From assembly GCA_027923505.1 (NCBI GenBank), contig BROI01000009.1, positions 310,001 through 374,000 on the forward strand: a stretch of 64,000 nucleotides of DNA, read 5' to 3'. Made by a program: the position numbers and the translations under genes. This document shows positions 40,501-51,512 of this stretch, one piece after another. Under the pieces are notes generated by a model. That model had not been told where the DNA came from. It did not search any database and saw nothing but the letters and a program-made list of their open reading frames with translations. This stretch comes from Mayamaea pseudoterrestris. Lineage: Eukaryota. The first letter of the stretch is position 1. Every line of letters begins with the position of its first letter.

Positions 40501-43500
40501 GGAATGCTGCTGCAGTGAAAGATGATCTCATTGAAATTATTAGCACTGCCGAATCTTCAATAGGCGATCGACGACAATCTGCACGTAAATTAAGGAGAAG
40601 TATTAATTTCCCTCCTTTCGGTGAGCTTCCTAATATACCGGAGGTTGACGACGATGAACCTGATGCGGAGCTTTTGCGACGGAAACGAGAATTACGTCAT
40701 GCGATTTGTACGTCGCATTTGCCAGCGGTTCGAGATACAATCTTTTTAAATCGTAATCCGGAACGAATATTTCGTTACCCCAGAAAAGGCGGACCAGAAG
40801 AACAGCGTCGACAAGACTTGCTGCAGTCTGACAGCAGCGCAACCTGGCTGGCACTAGAGAGCTCAGACGGAAGTACCGTTTCAAGACAGCAGCCGATGTC
40901 GTGTCGCATGGGTGGCCCTGAATCGCTTCTACAAAAAAAGATGAGTTTTCCAACTTTGCAATGCCCAGCCTCCCAGCGACCAAGTCCCCCAAAGGGAAAT
41001 CCTCGTCTTCTAGTCAACAATGATGATAAGGGGATTGATGATTCTTCCTTGCGGGAGGTGTCATCGTCGGCGGCGGCATCGTGTGCTTTCATTCCTCGTC
41101 TGCATGCATCGCCGCCTAGACCCGACAAACAGAAACGGCAAAGCAAAGATTGTGAAGCTTCGTACTACATTCGACCGGCATGCAAAAGTGAAAGGGAGGA
41201 TGCTCCAGGAGTACTTCTACATGTTACGGCTCCTCTCTACCAAGCTATCGATAGATGTGAGGTCGAAGCATCAACTGACAACCAAATTGACTCCGACTCG
41301 ACCATTCATCTGGAAATTCCAGCCATTTCGTCTGATGAAACGGGACACAAGGAAGCGAGCGACACGAAGCAGTATCTTGAGTCATCGGTCAGCTGTCCGC
41401 TTGTACTTCATGATGCCTTTGCAGAAATTTCCGAAAGTTCCGATACGCATGCAGCCGATGGTCGTCTGCTGGAGAGTTTACCTCCTTCTACTTTTGCCGT
41501 ACCAGACGCAGCGATCAATGTTCCCACGGCACTTGTGACGAACGCATGCAAAGACAGAGAACGAGAAGAGTTGGGGGACACATGGTCAGATGAAGTAGGC
41601 CACTCAAATATCTCCAGCATCTTTCGTGGCGGGACTAAAGAGCGTTACGGAAAGTGCAATTCACCGCTCAATGCGGCAGGAGAAGGAACGTTTGAGAATC
41701 CACTTTCTGTACCAGATGATCACTTCGAAACCACCCAAAATAATTCCCGGCGCACCGCCACTGATGCGAGGCAGTCTATTGGCGATTCAGAGAATCGGAC
41801 GCGCCTGGAACGCCAAGTCTTCGACCAAGCGCGTAGTGCCGGTATTGTGTTGCTACAGCCCAGCATAACCATATACGCAGGTAATATACCACCTGAAACA
41901 GCATCTTCGAAACACTCGAGTAAAGGCACAACGGAGCCCGAAAAACTCCGTCCGGATGCTATCAACGTCCAACACCAAGCAAGTGAGCTATCAAGCGATG
42001 CACAAACGATTATTTTAATTGAAGACCTTGGTTCACACGAAGAGCAGCTTTCTCCGAGCAATGACCGCTCATCACTAACGCCAACGATCATGACAACTTG
42101 TTCATCTGAAGCTAAGGAACCAAGTCCGACAACTATAACTGAAAAACTAGGCGAGCAGAAGCAAGGGCCTTCCATACTTACAGATCTAGATCGTCAAGTT
42201 TCCAAAATTGACGAAGTTCTTTGTCGAGCCGTCAAATCGATGACAGTGCGGCCTCCGTATGTAAACGCAACTTCACGGATGCACAAGATGCAAAATTATA
42301 ATATATTCGAAGACAGCGATGATAACGATGGAATGACCGACGAGCTGAGTAAACTGGCTGACTCCCAGGATATGTTACGGCAGGAACTCGAAAATATTCA
42401 AAATTTGTATGAACCTTATCTCGCTGCGACCACAACAAACATTTTGGGCGGAACCAAAAAAGGCGAGTCTGAGAGAAGTATACAACGGACTAACTTTACG
42501 CCATATGCTGTGTCGGAGCTTAATGGAAGTGGTTGCAATGAGGGCATTCATCACGGACGAACGACTCCGCGCGACGGGTACATTACAGCCTTTGAGGTCA
42601 ATGATCAGTCACCACTCTATACGTATACTGCAGAGGATCGGACGATAAGACCAGCAAAGTGCCATACGCTAACAATGCCCAAGCTTAACGATTCCCCTGA
42701 AGAGGCACATTGCTCAAATCTCATTGACGAGAGAGTAATCAGATCGACGGAATTGGCCATTCTCCACAGCCGCCTTGAAGAGGATGTGGAACTGATTCAC
42801 CTTGAAAACCCTCAATTGCATACGGGTGACTGCGCAGAAGAGATAGAAGTAGTTTTTGTGGAAAACAACTTTTTGGCTGACGAATTTTTTCGCTTTGGGG
42901 AGGCACAAGGCATGGTGTTTGACTGGATACGCGGTCGGTCCGACGATGAGTTGACGCCACAACAACCGAAAGAAAACTCACACGAAATGAAACGGTGCCT
43001 GGCCCAATCGCCTTGCATTCGTCTGCCATGCACAAACACCTGTCGAAGCGCTACTCGCGAAGATGTTTTCAACAACGGGACCCAAGAGCTTGGCATTGAG
43101 CACGTCAATGTAGCGGATGTTAGGCTACAAAAGCCGCCAGCCAAGCTCTCGCTGCGATCTGACGTAGAAGGGACTGTATCGGGAAAGTACTCGCAAGGGG
43201 TCGATTTTGCAGATGCTATTGAGAGTCCACGTAAAAACATGCAACAAGCCGCTGCTAACTGTAAAGGCATATCGCCAAATGTTGAGCGAGAGATAATTTC
43301 ATTACTCCACATTGAAGATCCGGTCGACACGCCAAAATTTCGCAATCTTTGTAGCACTGGTGCTTTGCAGATTGCCCCTTATTACTCGATGTCGTACAGT
43401 CGAAGCCGAACGGGGCTGGACCCACAAGATTGCATGGTAGTACGTCGGCCTGTGCGGACGGGCTCGGACCCTCCAGCAACTTCAACTAATGAAATATGGC

Positions 43501-44606
43501 AGTCGGCGACACCTTGTGACTCGGCGGCCACTAGCGCGTCAATATCATCCGATTCTGAGGACACGACCATTCGATCGTCTCTCTACGCATCTTCATCGCC
43601 TTCGTCAAGCGGTCGAGCTACTGGAGTAGCATGTGCTGATACAGACTCTATTGAACTGAATAGGAGGATTGAGGCCATTTTAAACCGATCTACCGACATC
43701 TCCCATCAGTCATCGCGGGCCCTTCCGGACGCAATGAACCAGGATGCTTACAAACAAGGATCTGCCATATTTAGCAAAAACATGCCGTTAGATACGCGAC
43801 TGGGCCGCAGCGATGTTTCGGACGAAAAGCATGACCTGAAGGACTTGATCTTTAGTAAAAATACCTCGGCGAGCAGTGGCTTCGCTATCAGCAATGCGAC
43901 CAGTGACGTATCGGATTTGCTCTCTTTACACGACGGCAAAACTAGCCAGTTACCATTTCTTGCCAACGCTGAGATTGAAGCCGATTTCTCGACGCACGTT
44001 ATCGAACTGAGCACTTGCAAGAAGACAGAGGACATGCAGTATAATAGGGCGCATGGCGGAGGAGTGCGAATGAGTGGCGATATGAATCAACAAATCGACT
44101 ACACTATGCATCGCCACCAAAGGCGCTCCGAGAAATATCCAACAAACGCCGACTCTCTCTGGTACCACCGGACGAAAAAGGTCAAAAGCACTACTGAAGC
44201 TACTTCGCCTGTGTACAAGCAAGGCGAGAACGAGGCACATCAAAAAGTCCATGACGTCTTCAAATCGCCACGAATGGCAAATATGAAAGTGACGGGATGG
44301 AACTTGATGAAAAAGGCTGCTATCGCGATTCGAAGCGTGGAGCTAGGACGCAAGCCCGTCGACAAGGCCGACACTTGCCCTTCAAACGTTAAGGAAGCAG
44401 TCTCGGTGCACAAGGCAGGCGAGTGCAGCAAAGCAATCCAAGTGAATGAAGCTACAGAGGCGCTTCCATCTACCTTCTTTTTTGTTTCGCTGCAACCGTC
44501 GGTATCGCAGTCATTTGATGTTTCACCAAGAGACGCAAGCCATCCTTGTGCGACCGCTTTTTCACGCGACAAGTCCAATTTTGACTTTCCCGATTTGCTT
44601 GCGTAG
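37599..44606 (+). CDS. Very large low-complexity hypothetical protein (2335 aa, single ORF)
   Basis: 7 kb stop-free frame from an ATG. Rich in Ser, Asp, Glu and Pro. No signal peptide, TM segment or domain was recognised. Confidence 0.85.
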   Translation: MWEVFDYHPPPPLRRGPTRRIRPPPRCHYEADSIDEDFVITPRTQRRRYRQRGRQVSDRYHTPSERSKNSFHPTFGFDGAEVFSVSPVERLSKQVYAAAPPDDGTDTSKDNAEEEEESSFTGDPAYVTATRHQGFPISLDGCVFGAGGVILDTIEDFTASKIRRNNGSNNRFEQRQVFNVEKQSLAMERLDEQTVDKQRLDDALDMASENLMMNNVSTTNLPRVLSLDMLEEEDLRRTLVKQDNATSYVPPRHETPSANCSAASIHTIHSTPMTPTTLRSPNESFNDYEEDCLRSTDRPITPTRMRSPANSVRLEPKDNGPPAALSSMVRQRQLHILTSLSPVDAPENTHINDEENYIKLPDAPPQLRIRIPRDDESLSRESYLHECDAASSEESDWDHAQTQASYSPDQIASSASAEENLPCKASDSTFENFDALSDADSDSPPRFEKGEMFHYKQYPSVEELEGTATLLEKLASAPSSKELHDARAYLAKMAKTPSPKELTDVRSFFEHFLEPQPSPRKDGLSPAGLTLESSTSTTLPSPESTLSHECDRSHSALKQHDNTYILDEIVAYTSHVNEPNVRQSIGLQRSTFLESGWPLEDDAQQVYKRSSSTIPSLDCDVSPQQVRHQSRDPSFLDSSHRSLSIVGPATSHHSITLADDSNPSLASNDCHEYTRHDDVSLRQNDQLACDLQRNMRQDGCNPIHFNNRSSIVNMGAQSEREISRKKRRTRSPSLTFQEKHRARHSLKSCNIPIGRSSRTFVETCAIHGMNHTKGTSARHTKFNYYPLYDDDGASTMGYDEDVNGNCHDALPSIADCEILPVDSAEPRKKLPHHKRYKRNLDDDLANHYANGMRKSLQTLQMHHMRDDLCELQDERAWPALYNPLSANRHSNRYAAPSAWPQAQPPRRHTTKGELCLDGLIEIYSEDSSLDLRMPRSFSTYVPHYQGHSRAMQSDDIGTFDYQLRRTDRNAAAVKDDLIEIISTAESSIGDRRQSARKLRRSINFPPFGELPNIPEVDDDEPDAELLRRKRELRHAICTSHLPAVRDTIFLNRNPERIFRYPRKGGPEEQRRQDLLQSDSSATWLALESSDGSTVSRQQPMSCRMGGPESLLQKKMSFPTLQCPASQRPSPPKGNPRLLVNNDDKGIDDSSLREVSSSAAASCAFIPRLHASPPRPDKQKRQSKDCEASYYIRPACKSEREDAPGVLLHVTAPLYQAIDRCEVEASTDNQIDSDSTIHLEIPAISSDETGHKEASDTKQYLESSVSCPLVLHDAFAEISESSDTHAADGRLLESLPPSTFAVPDAAINVPTALVTNACKDREREELGDTWSDEVGHSNISSIFRGGTKERYGKCNSPLNAAGEGTFENPLSVPDDHFETTQNNSRRTATDARQSIGDSENRTRLERQVFDQARSAGIVLLQPSITIYAGNIPPETASSKHSSKGTTEPEKLRPDAINVQHQASELSSDAQTIILIEDLGSHEEQLSPSNDRSSLTPTIMTTCSSEAKEPSPTTITEKLGEQKQGPSILTDLDRQVSKIDEVLCRAVKSMTVRPPYVNATSRMHKMQNYNIFEDSDDNDGMTDELSKLADSQDMLRQELENIQNLYEPYLAATTTNILGGTKKGESERSIQRTNFTPYAVSELNGSGCNEGIHHGRTTPRDGYITAFEVNDQSPLYTYTAEDRTIRPAKCHTLTMPKLNDSPEEAHCSNLIDERVIRSTELAILHSRLEEDVELIHLENPQLHTGDCAEEIEVVFVENNFLADEFFRFGEAQGMVFDWIRGRSDDELTPQQPKENSHEMKRCLAQSPCIRLPCTNTCRSATREDVFNNGTQELGIEHVNVADVRLQKPPAKLSLRSDVEGTVSGKYSQGVDFADAIESPRKNMQQAAANCKGISPNVEREIISLLHIEDPVDTPKFRNLCSTGALQIAPYYSMSYSRSRTGLDPQDCMVVRRPVRTGSDPPATSTNEIWQSATPCDSAATSASISSDSEDTTIRSSLYASSSPSSSGRATGVACADTDSIELNRRIEAILNRSTDISHQSSRALPDAMNQDAYKQGSAIFSKNMPLDTRLGRSDVSDEKHDLKDLIFSKNTSASSGFAISNATSDVSDLLSLHDGKTSQLPFLANAEIEADFSTHVIELSTCKKTEDMQYNRAHGGGVRMSGDMNQQIDYTMHRHQRRSEKYPTNADSLWYHRTKKVKSTTEATSPVYKQGENEAHQKVHDVFKSPRMANMKVTGWNLMKKAAIAIRSVELGRKPVDKADTCPSNVKEAVSVHKAGECSKAIQVNEATEALPSTFFFVSLQPSVSQSFDVSPRDASHPCATAFSRDKSNFDFPDLLA

Positions 44607-44883
44607 TATTTGTCGCTACTAAACACACATCTAGCTAGATTGAACAGTTATACAATTTTTAGGTAAAAAAAGTGAGGAATTGGCTTGCAAGCAATAGCAA
44701 AAGATATTGCGACAACTTCTTTGAGTTGCCATGCGACGTGACTCGACAACCGCAAGTGATGCGGTGACGACTGACGACGCCCCTCTCCCACCGCCATGAT
44801 GTCAATTCACTGTCAGTAACGAGGCATCACTCGCACGTATACTTGTTGTGTGAGGTTGTAGCTGTCGGCTGATTCTAATAAGC

Positions 44884-46362
44884 ATGGGGAAGAAAGCCAA
44901 GACAAAGAAGGGAGCCCAGCGAGCGCTGAATCGTAGAGTCGATGAATCCATTCGGCCGCCACCACCACCTCCATTGGACGAAGAGGTGAGCTGCCCGCCT
45001 GTGCTCGTTTGACAGCATCAGACGTTAGATTCAGTCATCAGTCTTCGTTATTGACTGCAATGTTTCACTCATCTAATCTTATCGTTACTTGTCACTAGAT
45101 TGGATCGTTGGCACTTCTCCCAGAACCCAAAGTTCCTGGCGGAAAATTTAAAGTGCTCGACACAGACAAGCAAGGCTACGACGACGGCGGCGTTGCCGAT
45201 CTGACTTTACTCATTGACTTGGATGATCGCGTCCTTCGTCGCAAGCGCGGCGAGAATGATTATTTTGCAGCAGTCAAGTCGAACATTCTTCCGCGCGTTA
45301 CCAACGGCCAACTAGCGCAACTTTCCCGTCGCGACCAAAAGGTGCAATTGGCAACCCTCCTCTTTTCGGATGGAGATGTCAATGCGGACGACGATGAAGA
45401 CTCCGACACGCCGTGCGAAGTCTACGTTGATACGACGGATCAGGGTGACGATGACAAGAAGCAGCGAAGAATGGCCAGACTTGCCAAGGCCAAGCAGTCG
45501 TTGAAACTTAGCTTTTACCTCAGCGAACCAGCCTGTGCGGCCATGAGTCTTACGGAGATTAGCAAACGAACTTTACTTTGCTACGGAAAGGAAGGAGCGG
45601 AAGCAGCATTTAGATGTGCGCATAAGGCATTGCAAATGGCTGGTAACGGTTACTATGATAATGATCTCATTTTGATGGAGGTATGTTGTGATTGGTTTTG
45701 CATTTGCATCGTCGTCACACGCAGTAGACTCATGCTATCTTGTCTTTCCCGAGTCTTAGGCGGAAGAAGAACCAAAGGAACCAAAATATGAAACAAACGC
45801 CACCTATCCTGGCCTCTCACACCCGACTAGTCTCAAATACATTCCGGCGCGAGCGTCCATGTTGTGCAAGCGCGCCGCCTATCTCCACGCGGGAAACGCC
45901 TTGCATGCACAGGGCAAATATGCCGAAGCTCGTGAGTACTACGAAAAGACACTTCCACTGCTGGAACCGGAGCCACGGTCTTGCCGCATTGATTGGGAGC
46001 GTAGTGCGGCGTTGATTAACATTGGTGATACGCATAGTCGGGAGGACAACTACGAGCTTGCGAGCAAATACTACGACAAGGCGGAGCAGTTCGGCAAAGA
46101 CCACTTAGTAGTTGAGGATGGTAACCACACGGAAGGAAAGGGCATTGTTGTGGTGACCAAGAAGGCACGGGCTGCTGCTTTGAAACGAGCCGGCAAGGAG
46201 GAGGAAGCAAAGTCAATGTGGCGAGAGGTTTTGACGCTTTCGGCGGAATTCGCGGAGCTCATGGCAAGTGACAAAACTGAGATGAAGAAGGAAATTGAGA
46301 ATGGTGGAGCGAACCCAGCGCAAGGCGATGTGCATGTTTCGGAAAATGTAATTGCGGCGTAA
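44884..46362 (+). CDS. TPR-containing protein; 3 exons, introns 44986-45098 and 45681-45759
   Basis: The spliced frame is continuous from MGKKAKTKK. TPR motifs are AAYLHAGNALHAQGKYAEAREYYEKTL and AALINIGDTHSREDNYELASKYYDKA. Confidence 0.85.
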
Positions 46363-46449
46363 GTTGATTTTCATTATTAACAGTAACACGCTTTGTTAGC
46401 ATTTTACAATTAAGTAGTAAGTCGCTCCATGGCGTAGCGGAGCGTCTGT

Positions 46450-48035
46450 TTAGACATCAACAACGTTTGAACCAGCAGGAGGAAAGAGCTCGGCGTAAAT
46501 TTTGGGGCCCATTAGCGCCGTTCCAACGCCCGTGCAACAGATTAAGTAAATCCAGACCGACGACCAACCAAACGCTTCCTGGAGCGGACCAACCGCCAAG
46601 AGTCCAATCGACGCGGTGATAGCGCCGCACCCATTGATCAATCCAGTTACAGTTCCCAACGACTTGCTGCTCCCGCGGACCGAAGGATGAGACGCCAAAT
46701 CGGCCGCAACGGCCGAGGTAATAATATTATTTGGTCCGCCGACCAGAATACCCATGCATCCTAGCATAGCCAAGAGCAGCATCGGATTCATCCCCGCCTC
46801 GGAGAACTTGGCGAAAATGCCCAAAAAGACCATGAGGAGGCACATGAAGACGCCAATCACCACGGCGCGGCGGCCACCACAGATATCGGAGACCATACCG
46901 ACAATGATACCTCCCGGCATCATACCCACAGAGTAAAGAGACGCAATGAGATTAGCCGTGACAGGAGAAAATGATTTGCCAAGAAAGTACGGAAGCCAGA
47001 AGAATAAGCAGTAGTTGGTAAGCTTGAAGAAGCCAAAAGCAAGCGCATACTGCGCCACCATTGGAATGCGAAACGCGCCCATGTATGAAATGGCTTGTGG
47101 ACCTTCATCCGCTTCCATAATTTCACCCTGCTCTGCCATGGCCTTGCGTTTCGCCTCCATCTTATCCTGCCGAATTCTAACTTCTGGCGTAATGATGCCA
47201 ACATTGGCAGGGTCAGCAACGAGCTGCATGGTGAGAAACGCCCAAGCAATATTTGTCAAAGCAGGGATAAGCAAGGCCCACCAGTAAACGAGGCCGGCAC
47301 CCAAGACCCAAGCGGTACAAAGCGCTGCCGCAACGTCACCACAGTACTGGTGACAAGTCCATAGACCAAATATAGTGCCTCGCTTCTTGATTGATTCTTT
47401 GTCGCAGAACCAGTTGCCCATTACGGCCGTACCGACAGGGCCGCCCGTTGCTTGGAAGAATCCAAACAAAAAGTACGTTCCGAGCATAAGTGAGTCACCA
47501 AGGACGGTCGAGTAGTGCTCAATCCCCATCCAAATGAGCAAGTTAATGAACAGCAAGCAAGCACCCGACCCAAAGAGCCCAATGGCGAGAATGGTCGTTG
47601 GGTTGAAGGTATCACCAAGCTTGCCATTGATAATATTTCCGGCAGCATAGGTTGCCATGAATACTGTGTCCATTTCACTGAGCACGAGGGCTGTGTACCC
47701 CGCCTCCGTTTCGAGCTGCTGCTTGACAGTCGAGTAGCACTTGCGGCTAAAGTGCGCCTGTAGCGAAAAGACAAATCAATCAGCAACGTTGCGCCGGTTA
47801 CCTTGGGGTGGCAGTTGGAGCACACAGGTCACTGCCTTACCATGAAATATCCTCCGAACGTTATGAAAAAGGCCCATCTGTACGCAGTACGAAGGATCAT
47901 GTGATCAAGTGAGAGGATGTATGCTTCATACGACGTCGCATAATGCAACCAACTAACTCACGGCTGATATTTCTTGAGGCGGCGAAAGTTCTCTATCTCA
48001 TCGTCTCCACGGACGAGTGGCTTAGTTTCACTCAT
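46450..48035 (-). CDS. MFS sugar-phosphate/glycerol-3-phosphate exchanger (SLC37/GlpT family); 3 exons, introns 47878-47961 and 47758-47840
   Basis: Spliced GYFM|AHFSRK, then VMGNWF, RGTIFGLWTCH, FFKLTNYCLFFWLP, GGPNNIITSAVAADL and TVTGLINGCG. Confidence 0.92.
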
Positions 48036-48484
48036 GACTCTAAAATTGGTTTGTCTCGCAAAGCAACAGAACCAGTGGTTTAAAAGAGCGAGAGTAAAAA
48101 ATTATGAAGGCAGCAGGGAAAGGTTCGTCTTTGGCTCCATGCCATCTGCAGAAATGCGGTGGAGGCGATCTTCGTCTCCTGTCCAGCAGCCAATCAAAAG
48201 CAGTACCGGTACGAGACTAGATTGGATCTCATCGTAAGAGTCTGACTCGGCTGCGTGGTGCAAAAAGTAAGATTCTAAAAACCTGTACCGGTACGATGTC
48301 ATCGGTGACGATCTTCGCCCACTATAACATCGACGGCCATGATGACAAGCTGTTTATCTTGCGTCGAGCGGTCCGCCACGTTTAATCACGACCGTTTCAC
48401 TGCGCATTGCGTAATCGATCACCTATTGTAGCTATATACTCTCAAGTGCAGTTCGCGGTGCTTTGACGATTGGCACGGCGAAGG

Positions 48485-49976
48485 ATGTCGAGAGGCTTAC
48501 CTTCCGCATCCAGAACCAAAATGAAAGATTACGTGTTGGCCATGGCACCTTTGCTCATCCCTACCATGCTTATAATAACTCTCTTGCAAAGTCCGCTACC
48601 AATTTTCAAGCAATGGATCGACCATTTTTCTGGAATGCCAATAGCTCGAGGAGCCGACGACGAAGCTGATTCGTTGGATACAATCGGTTCGCAACTTTTA
48701 GCACACGTAATTGTTGCCTTGTTCGGTTTTATCGCTACAAACAAGCTAGTCCCACACATTAAGCAGTACAATTTAAGAAAGGGCATAGCAGGAAAAGATC
48801 TTGGAAAACGAGGGACCGTTACCGCTGATGAGCCAATGTGAGTTACCTACAAGGTACAAGCATATATGATAGTTGATTCTTGCTGTCTTGGGTTTTTGCA
48901 CATTCGCTCACGCATGCACTTCTTCTTCAAGCCCTGAAGCCTTGGGGATTGTGCCTGGTGCTGTCTTCCTTGTTTGTCTCATTTTTTGCTTGGTTGGATA
49001 CGCCGCGTCACACCCATCAAAATTACTTGACGTAAATTCGGCACTGCTGTCAATTTGCTTCATGCTCTTTCTTGGATTCACTGATGACGTATTGGACTGG
49101 CCATGGCGATACAAGTTGTTTCTTCCAACTGTTGCATCTTTACCTCTACTATGCTGCTACACGGGAAGCACGTCGATTGTTATACCGATCCAAATGCGAT
49201 CCCTGCTATGGAAGGATGGGAGCGGTACAGCACTTGGAGATGCGCTTGGTCGACTCATGATAGTGATTGATGCCAATGCCGATGGCGCGCTTGTTGATCT
49301 TCGATATCTCTACTTCATGTACATGGGAATGCTGGCTGTCTTTTGCACCAATGCAATTAACATTTACGCCGGAATTAATGGGTTGGAGGCTGGACAGAGT
49401 TACGTCATTGGGTGCGCCATTTTGGTGCACAATCTCATTGAATTACATTTTGGACACATGCCTGAGAATCACTTGTTCTCTACTATGATCATGCTATCGT
49501 TTGTTGGTGTGACGGCTGGTTTACTTCGGCACAATTGGTACCCCGCATCGGTGTTCGTTGGTGACACATATTGCTACTTTGCCGGCATGACGTTCGCAGT
49601 TGTTGCTATCCTGGGACATTTTAGCAAGACACTGCTGCTCTTTTTTATCCCCCAGATTATCAACTTCCTGTATTCCGTCCCACAATTGTTCCACATGGTC
49701 CCATGTCCGAGGCACCGACTGCCTCATTTTAATCCGTTGACTGGCAAAATGAGCGCAAGCACATTCAAATGCAAGCCAGGCCAGTATAAGTGGTTGAAAC
49801 GACATGCAGATGACACGGAAGCCCCTAATATGACAGTTATTTGTCTGTGTCTCCGGTTGCTAGGCCCAATGACCGAACAAGATCTTTGTTTGGTGCTCCT
49901 TGCGCTGCAGGCGGTGTGCTGTGCCTTTGGTTTCTTTTGCCGATATTGCCTGGCGTATGTTATATTTGAATCATAA
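48485..49976 (+). CDS. ALG7: UDP-GlcNAc:dolichyl-phosphate GlcNAc-1-phosphate transferase; 2 exons, intron 48838-48931
   Basis: Contains GKDLGK, spliced [50 protein letters not shown] and PCPRHRLP. The start may be ATG 48485 or 48521. Confidence 0.96.
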
Positions 49977-50251
49977 TTTGACTATATATAAACAACAATG
50001 TAATTCTTACGTTGCAGCTGAATTAGTACTTTCTTTTGACAACGATGCAATATATAACATTTCGGTGCTTACCGCACGAATCTTATCACATTCACAGCTT
50101 TGATCGCCAGGACAACGCACGTAATGGCTACGCGCGCTGGTCCCTGCTTCGGACTACATGACCTCTCGAGTCGGCACTTAACAACTACAAAGTACCGTTC
50201 GCAACGCCGATGAGCGCATATAATGAAATGTTGAACATTCTGCCATTATCA

Positions 50252-51142
50252 TTACGATAGTCTGTGAAACACAAAATTGCAGCTCCTCATTTCTCCGGTC
50301 TGAAACCACGCCTTTAAATGTTCATGTTCAGCCGGCACATCGACAACACCGTTCATCAGCGTCAACAACCACACAGAGTGACTGGCCACTGCAACATGCT
50401 TCTCATTGCGAAGAGCTAGCCATTCTAAAAACTCGTAAGCACGCTCAGCCACTTGCCACTGGGTTTCTCGGTGGTCGACTTGAAATATGGCGTCTTCGTT
50501 AGATTTAAGGAGGGCGAAATCGACTTGCGGGAACTCCATGGCCTGCAAGTCTACAGGTCGTCGCTTGTCACAAAGATGTATGCCAGTTTGCTCGCGCACC
50601 ATTTCATGAGCTATGAAAGGAATGTCATTTTGTAAATCTGCAAACGCGAGTAAGCCAGTTTGGAGGGCGCGGCAGTGAGGGCTGAGTACAACCAGTTGTG
50701 GTGGATGGGAAAGCGTTTTAACTCGGTCTTCTCGCAACAAAAGTGCCTGCTGTCGGCCCTTTTCAGTCAAAGGAGCGTCCATTAATTCGGGTGCCATGTA
50801 AGGATTTGCCGGAATGTCAGCAAACTGCATCCATTGGTGACCAGAAGCGGCAGCCTTGTCGGCGAAAAGGTTGTGAAAGCCTTGTCCATGTCGAACAAGA
50901 TGCACTGTAACTTGATGCAACGGTGAGTCTGGATTTAAATTGATGTCGTCGTCAATGGGATACGCCGAAACGATGAGTGGCTTGGACCGAAAAGCCTGGA
51001 AAACGTCATCCATCCCGGTGAGATGCTCCGCCGACTCTTTCTGTGCGAGCGCCATAGTCACTTCATCAAGTTTAGCTTTAAAAGCCATCGAAGTAATTTC
51101 GCTGTTGGCGTTGACAATGAGTCCACCGTTGGGCATCCGCAT
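50252..51142 (-). CDS. Histidine phosphatase / phosphoglycerate mutase-like protein
   Basis: Contains LVRHGQGFHN, DAPLTEKGRQQA, SPHCRALQT, CDKRR and VASH. The start codon is uncertain. Confidence 0.9.
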   Translation of the reverse strand: MRMPNGGLIVNANSEITSMAFKAKLDEVTMALAQKESAEHLTGMDDVFQAFRSKPLIVSAYPIDDDINLNPDSPLHQVTVHLVRHGQGFHNLFADKAAASGHQWMQFADIPANPYMAPELMDAPLTEKGRQQALLLREDRVKTLSHPPQLVVLSPHCRALQTGLLAFADLQNDIPFIAHEMVREQTGIHLCDKRRPVDLQAMEFPQVDFALLKSNEDAIFQVDHRETQWQVAERAYEFLEWLALRNEKHVAVASHSVWLLTLMNGVVDVPAEHEHLKAWFQTGEMRSCNFVFHRLS

Positions 51143-51512
51143 TAGTACAAGTTGCCGGCCGGACGAGGTGGTGGCTGTTGTTGGTCGTACGTCTGCATGA
51201 ACGCAATGCACGTTATTACTGCAGCTGTTTCGTACGATCAATAGTTCATGAATGTCAGAATGTCAATTGTGACCTTTCACACGGCATCATGCAGCGATGC
51301 GGTTGCTCGGCTTTTGCTAGATAATGCGGTACATAAAATACTAACTGACAGTAAGCAATGCTATATGCACTGCTGCCTATATATAACATGCCTTTAGCGA
51401 CCCTTTTCGTTACGTTGTACCTACTATGTTGCTGCACACGCAGGCCAATCCTGCACAGTCCACATCCAAGAAGCTTGAGCTATCCCATCTGCCATCTATA
51501 GCCTGCAGAAAA

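Noticed and set aside
37599..44606. Giant ORF as a retrotransposon polyprotein, viral gene or silaffin/adhesin
   Set aside because: No gag zinc knuckle, protease, RT or integrase motifs and no LTR/TIR were seen. It also lacks a signal peptide and KxxK repeats.
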